A stretch of 64,000 nt of DNA from Octopus sinensis (lineage: Eukaryota): positions 92,938,001 to 93,002,000 of the forward strand of contig NC_042999.1 of the NCBI RefSeq assembly GCF_006345805.1, written 5' to 3'. Position 1 is the stretch's first letter. Each line of letters begins with the position of its first letter. The position numbers and the translations under genes were made by a program. The notes under the pieces were generated by a model, which worked only from the letters and a program-made list of their open reading frames with translations, was not told the DNA's origin and ran no database searches. Positions 38,016-52,712 of this stretch are shown here, one piece after another.

Positions 38016-39035
38016 TAAAGGAATCTACATTTTCATGAAGGCACATGGCTCAGCGGCTAGAGCGTCCGGCTCACAATCATGAGGCTAAGTGTGTGTCTAT
38101 GTGTGTATTTGTGTGTGTGTGGATATTCTTCATATTCCTAAACTAAATAACATGACTTCCGATGGATATACATACATGTAAACGCATATGTATGTATATA
38201 TGCCTTATTTCCCTCTCCCTCTCTCCCTCTCTCTCTATCTATCTGTCTATGTATAGATGTGTGTATATGTGTGTGTGTGTTTTGTGTGTGTTTGTGTGTG
38301 TGGTATGTGTGTATGTATACAAACACATACAGATACACATGCACATATATGTTATTTGCTCACATATATACAACGTTAGCATTCACTATGGAATTCACTA
38401 TCCATGTCAAAATTATTACCGCTAATATACTGATACTTTAATATTCTGTTTTCATCAAATATTTACAATTTTTAAGACCATTATAATAACATTCCTTATC
38501 AGTTAAGCTTTTTATTTACTATAATGTTAAATTTAATATTTTATTAATACCATTATAATTCCATTTCTTATCTGTTTTAAGTTTCATATTATCTGCCGTC
38601 ATACCAAATAACAAAAAAAAAAAGTCATTATTGTTTTTCAACATAAAATGCAAAAACCGAAAATTCAGCATATTCTGAAAATGTACTATTACTATACAAA
38701 ACATTAATCAAAAAACACTAATGACGATTAATTGCAAAGATTTATTTCAGCAGAGCTTTGTTTCCTTGCCTCGTTTTCACTTTCTTCAGTTAGACATTTT
38801 CTTACACCCTGATTCCTTTCTCTCTTTCTCTACTTAATTCATTAGCATGTGAATATATTCTCACGATTTTTCTCCACCAAACCCTTTGAATTCTATTAGC
38901 TAACTGCCTCTTCTTTGTTTACGCGACACAAAAATTTGATAATACTGGAATAAAAAAGCCTTTGCATCGCTTAATGATTTCTCATTTTTAAAAAGAAATG
39001 GATGCACATCTGTAGCTTTCTGGCCTTTTCACTAT

Positions 39036-39088
<53 letters not shown>

Positions 39089-42000
39089 GTATATATGTAC
39101 AAAGAGAGCAAGTTATGTAGATAGTGGTGATCCAGCATGGCCGCAGTGAAATAACTGACACATGTAAAAGAATAGTAACTTTCCTAAAATGAACCAACTG
39201 CACTTCAGCTAAAAATAGCCACCGCAGCAACGCTGTTACAAAATCTCTAGAATATTGTTTGACAAAACAATCTTCGCTGCCGTTTAATCATTTTCCAATA
39301 AAGCCTTAAAACAGTTCAAGGGATAATTTGAGTACATATATGGCCTCACGGAATCGGCAATATAACAAACGAAATCAAAAAGAGAAACAAATATCTTGTT
39401 CAATCCAGTCTTCAACCAAAACATACCAAAAGTCTAAGGGAGTAACATTTTAGCACCAATTAGGAAACGTTAACTACGGCGGTATTAGTAACCAAGATCA
39501 AGTTACTTCATCGATGAATAATGGAATATCTAGAAAACAAGAATCGAAAACGAAGCCATAATAATATATAGAGATCATGTCCATTCCATGGATGAATATC
39601 AAGAAATAAGTAGTCTAAAACACAAAAGATTTTTAACAGTTACAAAACGCCATTGAGACAATGAATAAGACATTATATGCAACCCATTGTAAGATAAAGT
39701 TTAGCCCTGCCTTACATAGATTCGAAACCGAATCCACACACTTGTTGCTCTTGTCAGATGAATGTCTGACTCCATCATGTTTTATCTCCATGCTGGGAGA
39801 TTAATGAGAAACATCTGACCTCCTAGAACTGTTGTGGGTCACAGAACGGTCAGCTCTTTGGTTTAGGTTGGCCATACCCTATATAACTGGAATTATCCCT
39901 CACTCCCCCTCTTCGTTTGGCCTTTTCTTACACCTTGCTTATTTTCTTTCTTTCTCTATAAGTTCATTACAATGTGCATATTCTCACACGCTTTTCCAAT
40001 TATAAATTCTTTCAACTAACTGCCCCTTCTTTGTTTTCGTGAGGCATCTCTATTCGTGTCAGCCGTGAACGTGAAAAATTGCATCGGCCGAATGGAAAAG
40101 GACAACGTAATCCTTACACTTTCTTTATCTTTGTCAGCAGAAAGCACAGTACAGTTTACACACTACTAACTACCAGCGCGCCACCAACACGTCATTACTA
40201 TTGTCAGTTACTACTATGTATATTTTACCAACCACTGCCTGCAAATATATTTGTGAATTTTTTCTTTTCACTTCAACGTTGTTATGCTGTTTTATCCTGC
40301 TTTCGACTGTCTAGATATGGTGACACTTCGCATCTTACCACTACATTTAATAACCTCCATGTACACACATCTGTTCGTTGCAACATACGCAATTATCATA
40401 CAATAATGATTGAATGAACGCATCTCAAAAACTCTTTTATATTATGATAATAATTATTATAAATATAAACTAGGCTATGATCTTACATAAATAATTTACG
40501 GTTATGCTTATCGTGCATCACAGAAAATCATTACACAATTGCAAACAAAGAACCTGCATTTGGAAGTGCATACATGAAGATATCACGTTGCAAACACACG
40601 AATAAATATCACGTTGCAAACACACGAATAAATTCATTTTTGAAACATTTTCTGAATTGCAAATACGTTAAGGAGATGATGACGCAACAAAAATAAGTCA
40701 GGTCAGATGTTGTGACATGCGCCGTTGCAGCGTGTTGCTGAATTTATCCGTTGTCGTTTTATTCCTGGGTCTTATCGATCAACCTGTCAAGAAGAGTGAC
40801 AAACAGTCGACACCTTTGCGAGATACTTCTTCATCCGCTCTGACCGTGTCGCATGTAGTCAACTAACACTAGCCGTTAACCCAGCCGGATCCTCAGTGAA
40901 GAGACTACGGTAAGCAAAGTCTCAATCGGAAAATCGAGCAACATCATGAAATAATGTGAGCCGATGTTCCTCAATCATACAAGTAACCGAACGCATTCCT
41001 CGTAGAGTCGTAGGCAGGACACGAAATCCCCGCAATCGTAACCAATAAACTCGTGAAGCTCCTGGCAGCAAAGGCAGTTAGGCGGCTCCTGAAGGTCCTG
41101 GACACTATCCAATTCTCACTTCAATAAAGCAGGACAAAGAAGACCAGACACCTAAAGACACGAGCTTTTGTCCTCCTTCACAGATATTAATAGCGCCAAA
41201 CACCCTTGTCCAATATGCCCTAAATCACTCAAACGTTTTTAGGACTTCAGACTCGCAGCTAATACTACTATGAATCTCACTCCCGAGGTATGAATCTCAC
41301 TCCAGAAGCTCAGCAAGAATGACTGCGTCATCCAAAAATCTGGATCTGTAATCATAATTTCACTAATGAGTGCACCACAACTTGATCAAGCCACAATTTG
41401 CCCAAGTATTCAGTTCCTGTACGCATTGAACAGAGTGGGAATCAAGACACAACCGTGACGACCCCAGAGGTAATTGGGAAAAAGTAAAACGTTGAACCTG
41501 CAATCCGACCTGCACTCACTGGCCATCATGAGCCCAATCATTTACTTTGGAGGAATCTGGATTGTAGAGCTTGAAGGAACTTAAAATTCCAACAAATAAT
41601 CCAAACAAAAAATATTTTTTGCTAATTCTAACAAATAAATCAGCTAATAGCATTAGCAGGTTATAAATAACACAATCAATACGTCTTTACAAGAAAATCA
41701 CTGAAACAAGTAGCACCCAAGGGATGCTCGCTTAAACTATCCTCGAGACAGCAGAAAGAGCATAGAAAAACAGTGACACTACACTGTTGCCTAGCTAAAA
41801 ATAATATAGGAAGATCACTAAATTGAATAATAAAAGATGATACATATAAGATACGGAAAATAATATGCAGATAATTGAACAATGTATTGAGTAACCTCAA
41901 TACACTGGGTACCATTTATTGAATAATCTCACATTTTCATTGATTCACTACAGTTTCTGCTTTGCATATATATAGATATGCGTGTATGTGTATGTGTGTA

Positions 42001-42721
42001 GGTGTATGAGTGTATATACTTATACATATATATATGCAGATGTATGCATACATATGTATATGTATGTATGTATGTACATATATATATATATGGTGCCCCA
42101 GCATAGCCACAGCCTACGGTTAAAATATATGAAAAATTAAATAATTTATGTGCACACATGCAGATATAGATGTAAGCATAACTGTATGCGTGCGCACAAA
42201 CCCATACACACATATACAGCGTGAGTATATGTATATATATATATATAATAAAGGGTATTATCATAAATGTGTCTTACCAAATGTGTTTTAAAAACTGTAA
42301 GTAAATTAATATAAATATATTATAATTATATAAATAATTATAACAAGGACACGACGCAAGGAAAAATAGACGTCAAAAGATACTACTAGCACTATAATTT
42401 CACCGAGAAAAACACACTACACATAGGCCAGTAGGAGAATGAAAATGAACTACAAGCTTTGGTTAACCGCGTACATGATCGTGTTTCGGGCTTAAAGTAA
42501 TACAAAACTTTACATTTTGCCTTCATAAGAGACGGTCTACCCAACCATATAAATACGAGTCGTGGCCACACACTTGCACACACACTTGCATACGCACTTG
42601 CACACAAATCCACACACGTCAAAGTCACTAGCCCCTATCCACACACACATACACACACACTTACATATTCACACATACATATACATATAGATACACACAC
42701 ACACACACACATATATATATA

Positions 42722-43355
42722 TTATATAATAATAATATTAGGGAGTATATCCAAACTTACAGGCAAAAATTAGATTTAGGATTAAATCAAATTTCACAGT
42801 ATAAATTAAATTAGAGATAAAACCACTATTAGGCAACTCAAATAGTGATAGACATACACCAAAATATAAAAAACAAAAAATAAATATAATTATTATAATA
42901 TACAATATATATATATATATAATATAAAATTTAAAATTTAAATTATTAAAATTTTAAATTTTAAAATTTCTATTTATAAATTTTTATATTTTTATATTTT
43001 AAATTTTAAATTTTTAAATTTCTAAACTTTTTAATTGTTTACTGTTTTTAAAAACTAACCAAAAGTTATAAAAAGTTATAAAAGTTAAATATAATATATT
43101 GTTATATTTAACTTCTTATAACTTTTGGTTAGTTTAAAAAGAAAATTATAAATTAAAAAGTTTAAAAATTTAAAAATCAAAAATTTAAAATACGAAAATA
43201 TAAAGATTCATAAATATAAATTTTAAAATTTCAAATTTTCATAATTTAAATTTTAAATTTTATATTTTATATATATATTGTATTGTTTTTTATATTTTGG
43301 TGTATGTCTATCACTATTTGAGTTGCCTAATAGTGGTTTTATCTAATTTGATTTA
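42722..43355. repeat. AT-rich fold-back element (~270-bp imperfect arms) between TA tracts
   Basis: The left arm (from 42815 agataaaaccactattaggcaactcaaatagtgatagacatacaccaaaatat) is mirrored to 43344, with the axis at ~43097. It shares its head with the 56455 unit. Confidence 0.85.
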
Positions 43356-43367
43356 TATATATATACA

Positions 43368-43680
43368 TATAGCAGTCTCAAAATATGTAACACTACAGTT
43401 TATATGCATTGTAGTATGTTCAATGTAGTAACTGCTCGAATTGGTTTCTCTCGACTGTGCAAAATTCCTAAAAAGTGTACAAAACTCTATTATAAGACTC
43501 AGATTCTCATCTGCATCTATGTCAATATTTGCTTTCGATATGAATTGTTGTACTGTTTGGGGCTTTCTCTCATATACATTATCCTTCAATATGCACCCCA
43601 TGCTCCAGATATGTCAAGTTAGGTGAATTTCGTGGCCTTGCTATGCTGCTACATCGTCCGATCCATTGCCGTGGGAAATA
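43368..43680 (-). mobile_element. Tc1/mariner-superfamily 3' fragment
   Basis: Minus strand reads SPNLT..(fs)..GCILKDNVYERKPQTVQQ, resembling SPDLTP.D..LWG.LK..VY..KP.T. Confidence 0.55.
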
Positions 43681-43709
43681 ATAAATACAGGAATAAAAAT
43701 AAAAATGTC

Positions 43710-44133
43710 TTTCTTTTATTCTTTTATTTGTTTCAGTCATTTGACTGCGGCCATGCTACAGCACCGCCTTTAGTCGAGCAAATCGACCCCAGGACTTATT
43801 CTTTGTAAGCCTAGTACTTATTCTATCGGTCTCTCTTGCCGAACCGCTAGATAATGGGGACGTAAACACACCAACATCTGTTGTCAAGTGATGTTGGGGG
43901 AATAAACACAGACACACATGCACACACACACACACACACATATATACACACACATATACATACATATATACGGCAGCCTTCTTTCAGTTTCCTTCTACCA
44001 AATCCACTCACAAGGCTTTGGTCGGCCCGAAGCTATAGTAGAAGACACTTGTCGAAGGTACCACGCAGTAGGACTGAACCCGGAACCATGTGGTTCCTTA
44101 GCAAGCTACTTACCCCACAGCCACTCCTACGCC
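43710..44133 (-). mobile_element. Full-length tRNA-derived SINE with internal CA/TA microsatellite
   Basis: Head gcgtaggagtggctgtggggtaag...gggttcagtcc (A/B boxes), body, internal repeat at 43915-43970, and tail ...ctgaaacaaataaaagaataaaag. Confidence 0.8.
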
Positions 44134-46816
44134 TACGTCTCTGTATAAAGTAATAATAAATAAAACAGTTTTCTGGATAGGTTTGCAGAATATTGCATAG
44201 TCGATGGAAGCCTGTTTGAGCATTTACGAGTTTAAATATACTAAAATAGAAATAAATTGTTCAGTGTATACCTATATTCTGACCACCTTCTATATATCCA
44301 TGAATGCATACATACGTACTAAGCATACTCACAGACACACAAATACTCACAAACACTCACTCGCTCGCACACGCAGACTTACACACACGTACATTGAGTT
44401 AGAAAGATAGAAATAAAGACAGACCAACAGATGTACACGCGAAATATATACATTAAGATGATTCTATCTAAAATTTATATTATGCTATTTAGTTGTCTGC
44501 ACATTTACTATAAATTTTATCCGATAAATTTCCTAAGTTTTGTCTGTTGTTCGTGTTTTTTCTTTCCTATTAGTCTGTTCAATCCTCGGTTCTCATATCT
44601 ATTACACACCCAATATTCATTTTGTGAAAGGTATTTATTTTTATCTTAATATATATTATACACATATCGTATATATTTTATCTAAATATGGCAGCTAGAC
44701 GGTGGACGTGTAATATATTCCATATAATTTCTAATACAAATGCAACAACAATAATGCTGTTTTGTTTTTGTGCACAGATTATTTTCTCCTTTGCTTTAAA
44801 GTCTATTACAAATTTTAAAATAATATTTATTTTATTCTTAGAATTTATTCTTCTGTAAAGCTATTCGGTTATAAATGTAAATAATAAATAACTGAAAGAA
44901 AAAAGAGAGAGAGTGAAAGAAAAGGAAATGCATTAGAAAGAGGTATCGATTAGAAATTAAAGCGCTACTAAATGATATTTTATAAAATTTTATTGCAGCT
45001 ATACATACATGTATATGTGTTTGTGTGTGTGTGTGTGTATAAAACAATATTATCACGAAGGATTTTCACCGGCATCAAAAACATGCTTCGTCTTGCATAA
45101 TGTATTTATCACAAGCTTGAACGATTTCACGTGAATTTATATAGGACAATGGCACTAAATCACTAAAACATTTTCCCAAATCTCGTTTATTCGGCGCTCT
45201 GCTCACTGTATGTCATTCAAAATATCGTATATACGTAGACCAATTGTTTTTCTTTTTAAAAAAAACAGATATAACGAAAATTTCATTTACGTAAAGCAAC
45301 AGTAATATTGTGACAAATCACTTTGAAATCAATTCCACAAATCCGTTCGGTAGTATTTAAAATACCAATTCTCCGTCAATAGTTTGAGCTACCTTGTGTT
45401 ATATGTTCCATTCATCTTCTAATATATAGTATAGAGTTCAGTGACATATCCGCCGCTTAGGTTCTTAGCATCTATACATATAACATATCCACCGCTTAGG
45501 TTCTTAGCATCTATACATATGATTCTATGATAAGATCAGCAACAGGAAATCCTGGCTTGTTGTCGAGATTTAATACAAATATTTCGGATTTCTTCTAATA
45601 ATGGTTCCTTCCCGCCGTCCTTAGACATTCTAGATTAGCAGTTAAATCACCTGCAAGCCACATGGTACTGTCTTAAAGTAAGGATTGATTCAAAAATATA
45701 ATCTGCAAAGACATGAATAATCAAATCTGAAATGCTGTAGATTGTAATCGCTGTTGAATTAGTTTGATTGCTGGCTAAATAGCAACAACAAACACGATAT
45801 ATTTGGTCACTATAAGGTTTGAAATTATCATTTTGGAGAAAGACAAGAATCCAATGATTGGTCTAATTAGGTGACGGATACAGTAAATTAGAGTGAGAAA
45901 AGCAACTGCAAATATTGGCTCCTGGTATTTTACTTCCTTGCCTGAATATGATCCTTGATGGTATTTGGTGAATAGTAAGAGAAGGAAGGAAGGCGTAATG
46001 CTTACAACACACAAATCCTCTCCCTTTCAATGAGCTTGCTTATAAATAAAAAGCCCTTGGCAAGATACGCTAGCTCAATTACTACTCCTATCCTTACGCA
46101 ACCTAGAGGATCATGCGGATTTTGTTTACAAGGCATTGCAACAAAACAGTAATAAGACCAGATCTATATTGCAAAAAGTGATATTTTTATTTATTTTTAC
46201 ATTAGTCAAAGAGCTGGATTGATCAGGGTTAAAAATCAGTTTTACATCAGAATTCAATGTGCTGTAATATCTTTATTGATGTTGCTAATTGAACAAACCT
46301 ATCACAGACATTCCAGCCATGATCATATCATTTTATTCCATAATACGTTACGGAATATATCATCTGAATGAGATATGGATTCTATTTATAGTAGGCCAGG
46401 TGAACATGGAGAGATTACCTGATTTTCCTTAAATATAACTTCGTTGTTGTTGTTTAGCCTGCAATCGAACCTAAATGAGCAGAGATTCAATCAACATTTC
46501 TACGCCTGGTTACTCGAGGTTTTGTAGATTAGAGCTAGATCATTTAATGTGTCCTTACTTTAAGATAGTAGAATGCGACTAGAATAAGTTATAGCTGATG
46601 ATTCTAGTGGTCCTACAGATTATGGAAATGCTCCGTCATGTGAAGACAATCAAAATGATAGTACAAAATCTCACCGCCAGCAACTTTAAGATTTCTGCGG
46701 CTGGCATGATCTGCAATCGTCTTGTAATGTAAAACACACACCGAGGTGGAGCAAAAACTAACTAATAGGGTATGTCTCTGATCTCTATAATGGTATGTAA
46801 TACTGATATATTAGAT

Positions 46817-47073
46817 CAGTGGTTCCCAACCATCTCTTTACCTATGGACATTCTTTGATTCCTATTTTATTCTACTGGACCCTCATTGTCATTGAATATT
46901 CAGAAAATCCTATTATATTTTTATACATAAATATTAGGAATTGTATGAAATATTGTTAACATTGCTAAATTGTGTATCGTAGAAGTATAAACCAATATAT
47001 TGGCTGTTGCCCATTTTAACAACATCTTTTATGGATCCAAAATGGTCATACGGACTCCATTTAAGAAACATTG
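46817..47073. mobile_element. hAT (Charlie-like) MITE
   Basis: Ends CAGTGGTTCCCAAC / ttaagaaacattg. The flanking 8-mers tattagat and ttttagat match at 7/8 positions (TSD). Confidence 0.65.
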
Positions 47074-47404
47074 TTTTAGATGAATGGAATATCTAACACA
47101 CAGCATCTAAAACTATTGATAAAGAATAATTTTATCACGTTTCACAGATCGGGCTATTCATTAAGGAATCTGGTGGATTCTTTTTGGAATGATGCTGAGT
47201 GAAAGAATCATTACAACTTCTCCATAAACTGTAAAAGATAACTAGTGAAAATATTAAGCTTCAGGCATTTTAAAAATACTGAATAGTCAGTAATGTGGAG
47301 GTGGATGTACAGTTGCGTTTGAGGGGAGGAGGGTGTATATTGTTTTCAACAAACAAGTAATTCTTCTGATTGGTTGATAGACCTACGAGAAATACTGGTC
47401 TAAA

Positions 47405-47540
47405 CTTTTGGTAGAAGGCTAGCAATTTTCGGAGGAGGGGATAAATCGGTTATATCGACCCCAGTGCTCAACTGGTATTTATTTTATCGACTTCGAAAGG
47501 CAAAGTCCTCTTCCGTGGTACTTGAAATCGGATCATAAAG
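47405..47540 (-). mobile_element. SINE fragment (family of 16398-16626)
   Basis: atcgaccccagtgc..aactggta.tta.tttatc is the reverse complement of the central domain. Confidence 0.6.
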
Positions 47541-48418
47541 CCAGAAGACCTGTTAGAAATATAGACCAAGTATCCTACAGATCACGTCAATCGCATCAAG
47601 ATGGGGGAGATATTTGGTAAAGTAGCTGCAGATGCATATTATCCGACAGAAGGTCAGAATAGTTATGGTTGAATCGATTTTATCAGTTTTCCTTATATCA
47701 GAATTATCCAGAGCTAAACATCAACAGCAAAAAAAAAAAACAACCACGAAACAACAACAGCCGCAACAAAAACAACAACAATAGCCAAAAAGCAACAACA
47801 GCAACAACAACAACAAAAAAAGACAGCAAAAGCAAATACGTCACGAAAAACAAATTACAACTGTACTATAGCAACACGATAAAGACTGCACTAGTCTTTG
47901 TGATTTGATAAATTCATGTCCATATAGACGTAGATCATGAAAGTTATTCGAATTATCAGATGATATGTAAAGTTAACAAAGTTTTTAAGTAGAGGCTATT
48001 GGGACTGCTTGACAAGAAGTGACATTCAAATAACGAGATTTAACTCCACCATGTATACGATATTGCATCATCACTTACGAATATTAACTCTACATGATAA
48101 TCTCTCGTTATTAACACCAGTGGAATATTAACGTAGCGTGGAAATGAAGAGTATTTGGTAGTCTTGCAAAGTGTTTTCATTTTTTCCAGGGTTAGTATAG
48201 AATCTGTTTTAAAGAAAGATTCATCTTTTATCTGTCGTATCAAATGGCAAGAACCGCTCTTATGGATTCCTTATTATTTGAATGAATCCCTTAGTCTTAG
48301 CACGCGCGCACATACACACGAAGATACAGACAAATAAACGTATATGAACACATGTTCAGATCCACACAACTCTTTCATACATACATACACATAAATGCAT
48401 GCACACGCACACACACAT

Positions 48419-48466
<48 letters not shown>

Positions 48467-49681
48467 CATTGCACTTGAGTTACATGAAATGTTGGTTTCC
48501 GTGCGTCTGTAGGAGGCATTTCCCTCATAAAGACCTTGGATTATTGATTGCAAGTTTGCAAGGCTAGAAAACGAGTAGCCATTAAAAGAGAAAGAGCGAA
48601 TGCGAAAAAGAGCGAGAGAGCGAGAGACAGCGAGAGAAAGAGAGAGACAGAGGCAGACGGTAACTGAGAGAAACAGAAAGAGACGGAGAAAGAGAAAGAG
48701 CGTGACGTGAGAGAATTCTGAATATAAAATCTATTTAAAAGACAGTAGATATCTCCTTTGAAAACACGATACAATCGAACGCATACAAGGCACACAAACT
48801 CACAATAGCTCTGACTACAATCATGCATTCTGGTCGATTAGCAAGTTCACATTCAAATACGTAATTATATATACAAAATTACATGAATACAACTCATACA
48901 CATAAACACTCACATGCTTACAGCAGTCAACCCACGTAAACGAATGCATGCATACACATGGACGTAAATACTGTGAAATCTTGTATTTATTATATAGTGT
49001 AAGCATCAGAATGGTGTAACCAGAAATATCTCCATTTACCTGCAGGCCTTAGCATTTATATTCAACAAAATCACCCCACCAGTTGCATATCAATCAATTT
49101 CTAATAACAATTTATCGTATAAACGTGTTTCTCTCTGTCCAAATATTCTCATGCATCATGGCCTTTATATGTATAATAAATTTCATGGAAATATTCTATG
49201 ACTACAGTAATTTGCTTAAATGTATTCCAACCGATATAGAATTATCTCCTAGTGTTATTTCTAATCCTTAGCTCCTTCCTTATATCCAGAACTCAGCTTT
49301 ATAGCACTGATTTATTCTAGTGAGATATATTTAGATATATGAACGACATCCTCACACTGGTAGTAGTAGTAGTGACAGTAGTGGTAGTACATTGTTGGTT
49401 TTGTAGTTTAGTTTCAGGTAAGCACTGATCAGTCAAATGCATTCCATTCTAGCCGTGATAAGCTAAATATTTTTCCCATGCACCGAAAGTGACCAAGTAC
49501 ATTACTCAATATGTCTTCTTCTAAGAAGGAATGTGTGAGTGAGGGAGTTGTGACTGCTATTTCCAGCAATGTGAACGGTTGTAGTTGTTTGTGCTGGTAG
49601 CATTTTTATATCTTTGTTTATGTTGTTGAACTTGAATATTCCGAGTCATTTTGTCATTGTAGCATTATTGCTGAATTGTTA

Positions 49682-49889
49682 TACGAGAGAATGCTCAAAA
49701 GTTCATGGCTTTAGAGCATTGTGTAAGACTTGGTTGGAAGCCCAACGTTCAGACTTCTTTCATAGGGCTTAGAAAACTGAAGGAGCGCTGCAATAAGTGT
49801 GTGAATCTGAGAGGAGAATATTTAGAATAAAATTATAATTTACTGATCCTCCTTACCCAAATCTACGATGCTTTCAGCACCACCTCGTA
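49682..49889 (+). mobile_element. Mariner-derived MITE (sister of 37796-38015)
   Basis: Ends TAcgagagaatgctcaaaagtt ... ctttcagcaccacctcgTA, with the internal sequence shared with 37796-38015. Confidence 0.7.
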
Positions 49890-50696
49890 AATATTGTAGA
49901 AGGAACACAGAAATTCAGGTTCCTTAGTACCTTCAATACGATCATTTACTACAATAATCAAAGCCTAGGCTGCATGATGGTGAAAACGTCGCTCCTATAA
50001 CACAACTACTTACAGCTCAGTTATGTTCTACGTGATATGTATTTACAGAAGATTGAGCTTGCAGTCAGCGTTATCGATGGCTATACAGTCAGCCTATACT
50101 GACTACTTTCCTGGACCAGCCAAGAAGATACGTGGAATGAATATCCAGTGATTTCTAAACTAACGACACGTGTTGCGCCATACTCCAATATAAATATGTA
50201 AGGTGACAGGAGATAGAGAAAGAGAGAGAGAGAGAGGCAGAGAGGGAGAGAGAGAGGGGGAGCGAAAGACCGAGGGAAAAAGAGAGAGAGAGAGAGAAAG
50301 AAGGAAATATTCTAATTGAGAATCAGAACCGAGTAGAATAATTTAACCAATAAAAATTTTATTGTAATCTGTAGGGAACAACCAGTGCATAATAAAAATA
50401 TAGCTTTTAAAGACGGAATGATAAGCAGGAAGTCAGTAAATATATGAGTGAGAGTTATTGTTTTTGTATCCTGTTGAGTGGAAATTTGCAGAGAACAGTT
50501 TTGATATTTCAACAATTTGTAATTGCTAAAGTGAATTGTAGTAAAGCTGGGGAAACAGATGCAGCACACACACGCACGCACACACACACACACAAATCAC
50601 AAACACACACACACATACACACACACACACATACACACATACAAACACACATACACATTCACCACATGCACAAACCCACACATTAGTACTTATATA

Positions 50697-51913
50697 TCAG
50701 GTCAACCCATAAGTTCTGTCCGATTTTACATTTTTTTAAAAATTGAATGAAATTTAATAGTATTTCAGAATGTCTAATGGAATTGAAAATTATTTTTATG
50801 CATTTGTGTATATTTAAACTAATTAAATATTATTTTACAGAATAATAGAATTAAAATTTTTTTGATTAAAACTTTTTCTAACATGGAAGTATTCAAAGAG
50901 CATTTGAGGCACATAATACTTTATGAGTACAAAAAAGGAAACTCTGCAGCCGAAGCGACTCGAGACATACACTCAGTTTATGGGAAAGAATCCTTGAATG
51001 CCTTTCACATGAAGATCGAACACGACGTCCAGTTGAGTTGATGATAAGCTCCTTGAGGCATTACTTGAAGAAAATCCTACATTATCAGTTGAAGAATTGG
51101 CAATAAGGTAACTGTTCATCGTCATCTTCAACAACTTGGAAAGGTTCCTAAACTTGGAAAATGGGTGTCTCATGAATTGTCCGAAAGCAACCCAAATCCC
51201 GAGTTGACTACTCTTCTCTCCCTTCTTGCGAATTCATTTCACCCATTTTGGATAGACTTGTGACTGGTGACGAAAAATGGATCTTCTATCGAAATGTTAA
51301 ACGTCGTAAACAGTGGTTTGGTAAAAGTGGAAAAGCTCAACCACAACCGAGGAAGGAATTTCATGGGAAAAAGGTTCTTCTCTCTATCTGTTGGGATTGC
51401 AAAGAGTAATTCACTTTGAATTGTTACCACCTAATGCAACAATCAATGCTCAAGTCTAATGTCAGCAATTAGAGCGTTTGAACCAAGCTTTGAAGAAAAA
51501 AGACCCGCTTTAGTGAATCGAAAACGAGTGATGTTTCATTAGGACAATGTGCGACCCCTCACTGCAAAGATCACATCACAGAAGATCGAAGAGCTTGGTT
51601 GGGAAAAAATTCATCACCCACCTTATTCTCACGACTTCGCTCCTTCAGACTACCATTTCTTTCGTAGTTTACAGAATCATTTGGGGAACATAAATTTCGC
51701 AAGCTAGGAGGAGGTTGAAACTGACACTTCAGAGTTCTTCGCTTTGAAACCAAAAGAGTTTCACATTGACGGGATTAAAAAGCTTGTAAATAGATGGAAG
51801 GAAGTCATAGATAATCAGGGAAAATACATTGATAATTAATTTCAATTAAATATCACATTTGATCACTAGTTTTCTTTATCTACAATTTGGACAGAACTTA
51901 TGGAATGATCCGA
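50697..51913 (+). mobile_element. Mariner (DD34D) transposon with both TIRs and TA TSD; transposase decayed
   Basis: TIRs tcaggtcaacccataagttctgtcc / ggacagaacttatggaatgatccga. ATG at 50883 (MEVFKEHLRHIILYEYKKGNSAAEA), then KWVSHEL, LVTGDEKWIFY, FH*DNVRP, HPPYSHDFAPSDYHFFRSLQNHL, and a stop at 51837-51839. Confidence 0.93.
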
Positions 51914-51978
51914 TAGACGCATACATGCATACATAATACACACATGAATATATACAACACACACACACATATACATAC

Positions 51979-52040
<62 letters not shown>

Positions 52041-52391
52041 TTTAACTCTTATTTCTAGAAATGTAGGTGCTTCGGCAACCTCAGTCACATTTAGTGTCGA
52101 TTAAAATTTTCCTTTATTGCATTATATTGTGCCTAGATGTTTATATATTATTATTTTTTAATGTACGTACTAGCATTTCGCTAAATCAGTGATAATTATT
52201 TTTGGTAAATATCTATATACTGGCAGACGGAGCTAGCCAAGCAATCGATAGTCTGAGTAGTGTTTACTGATGATGCTTACAAAAGAGGCAAAACTATTCT
52301 AGCCTAGTAATTCTAGAGACGGTAATGGAACGGTTACCTCCCTTGTCAACACACACACACACACACACACTCACACACACACACACACACT

Positions 52392-52431
<40 letters not shown>

Positions 52432-52432
<1 letters not shown>

Positions 52433-52712
52433 GGCCAAGAAGTGGTTTGTGAGTTGCACTCATGATCGTCAGATCGTGGTTCCGCTGACCGGGTGGTGCG
52501 TTGTGTTCCTGAGAAAAACGCTTCATCTCACGTCGCTCTGTCATCACTTCATGTAGTACATAGTGTAACTGTTCAGACAACGTCGATTTGATGGAGAGAG
52601 TGAGCTAATACGTAGCGCGAACATTTGATCACTTTAAAAACAAATTATTTGTGTAGGTCGATTTAGCGAAAAGCTGAATGCTCATACGTCGTCTTCGACG
52701 GGAGAATCCATC
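52432..52712 (+). mobile_element. Decayed tRNA-derived SINE
   Basis: Eroded head tggccaagaagtggtt...gatcgtggttccg, then ttgtgttcctgagaaaaacgcttcatctcacgt.gctc; flanked by TA tracts. Confidence 0.55.

Noticed and set aside
40680-41600. Relatively GC-balanced stretch as a possible LTR/gypsy or exon remnant
   Set aside because: No ORF, PBS/PPT, terminal repeats or protein motifs found by eye.
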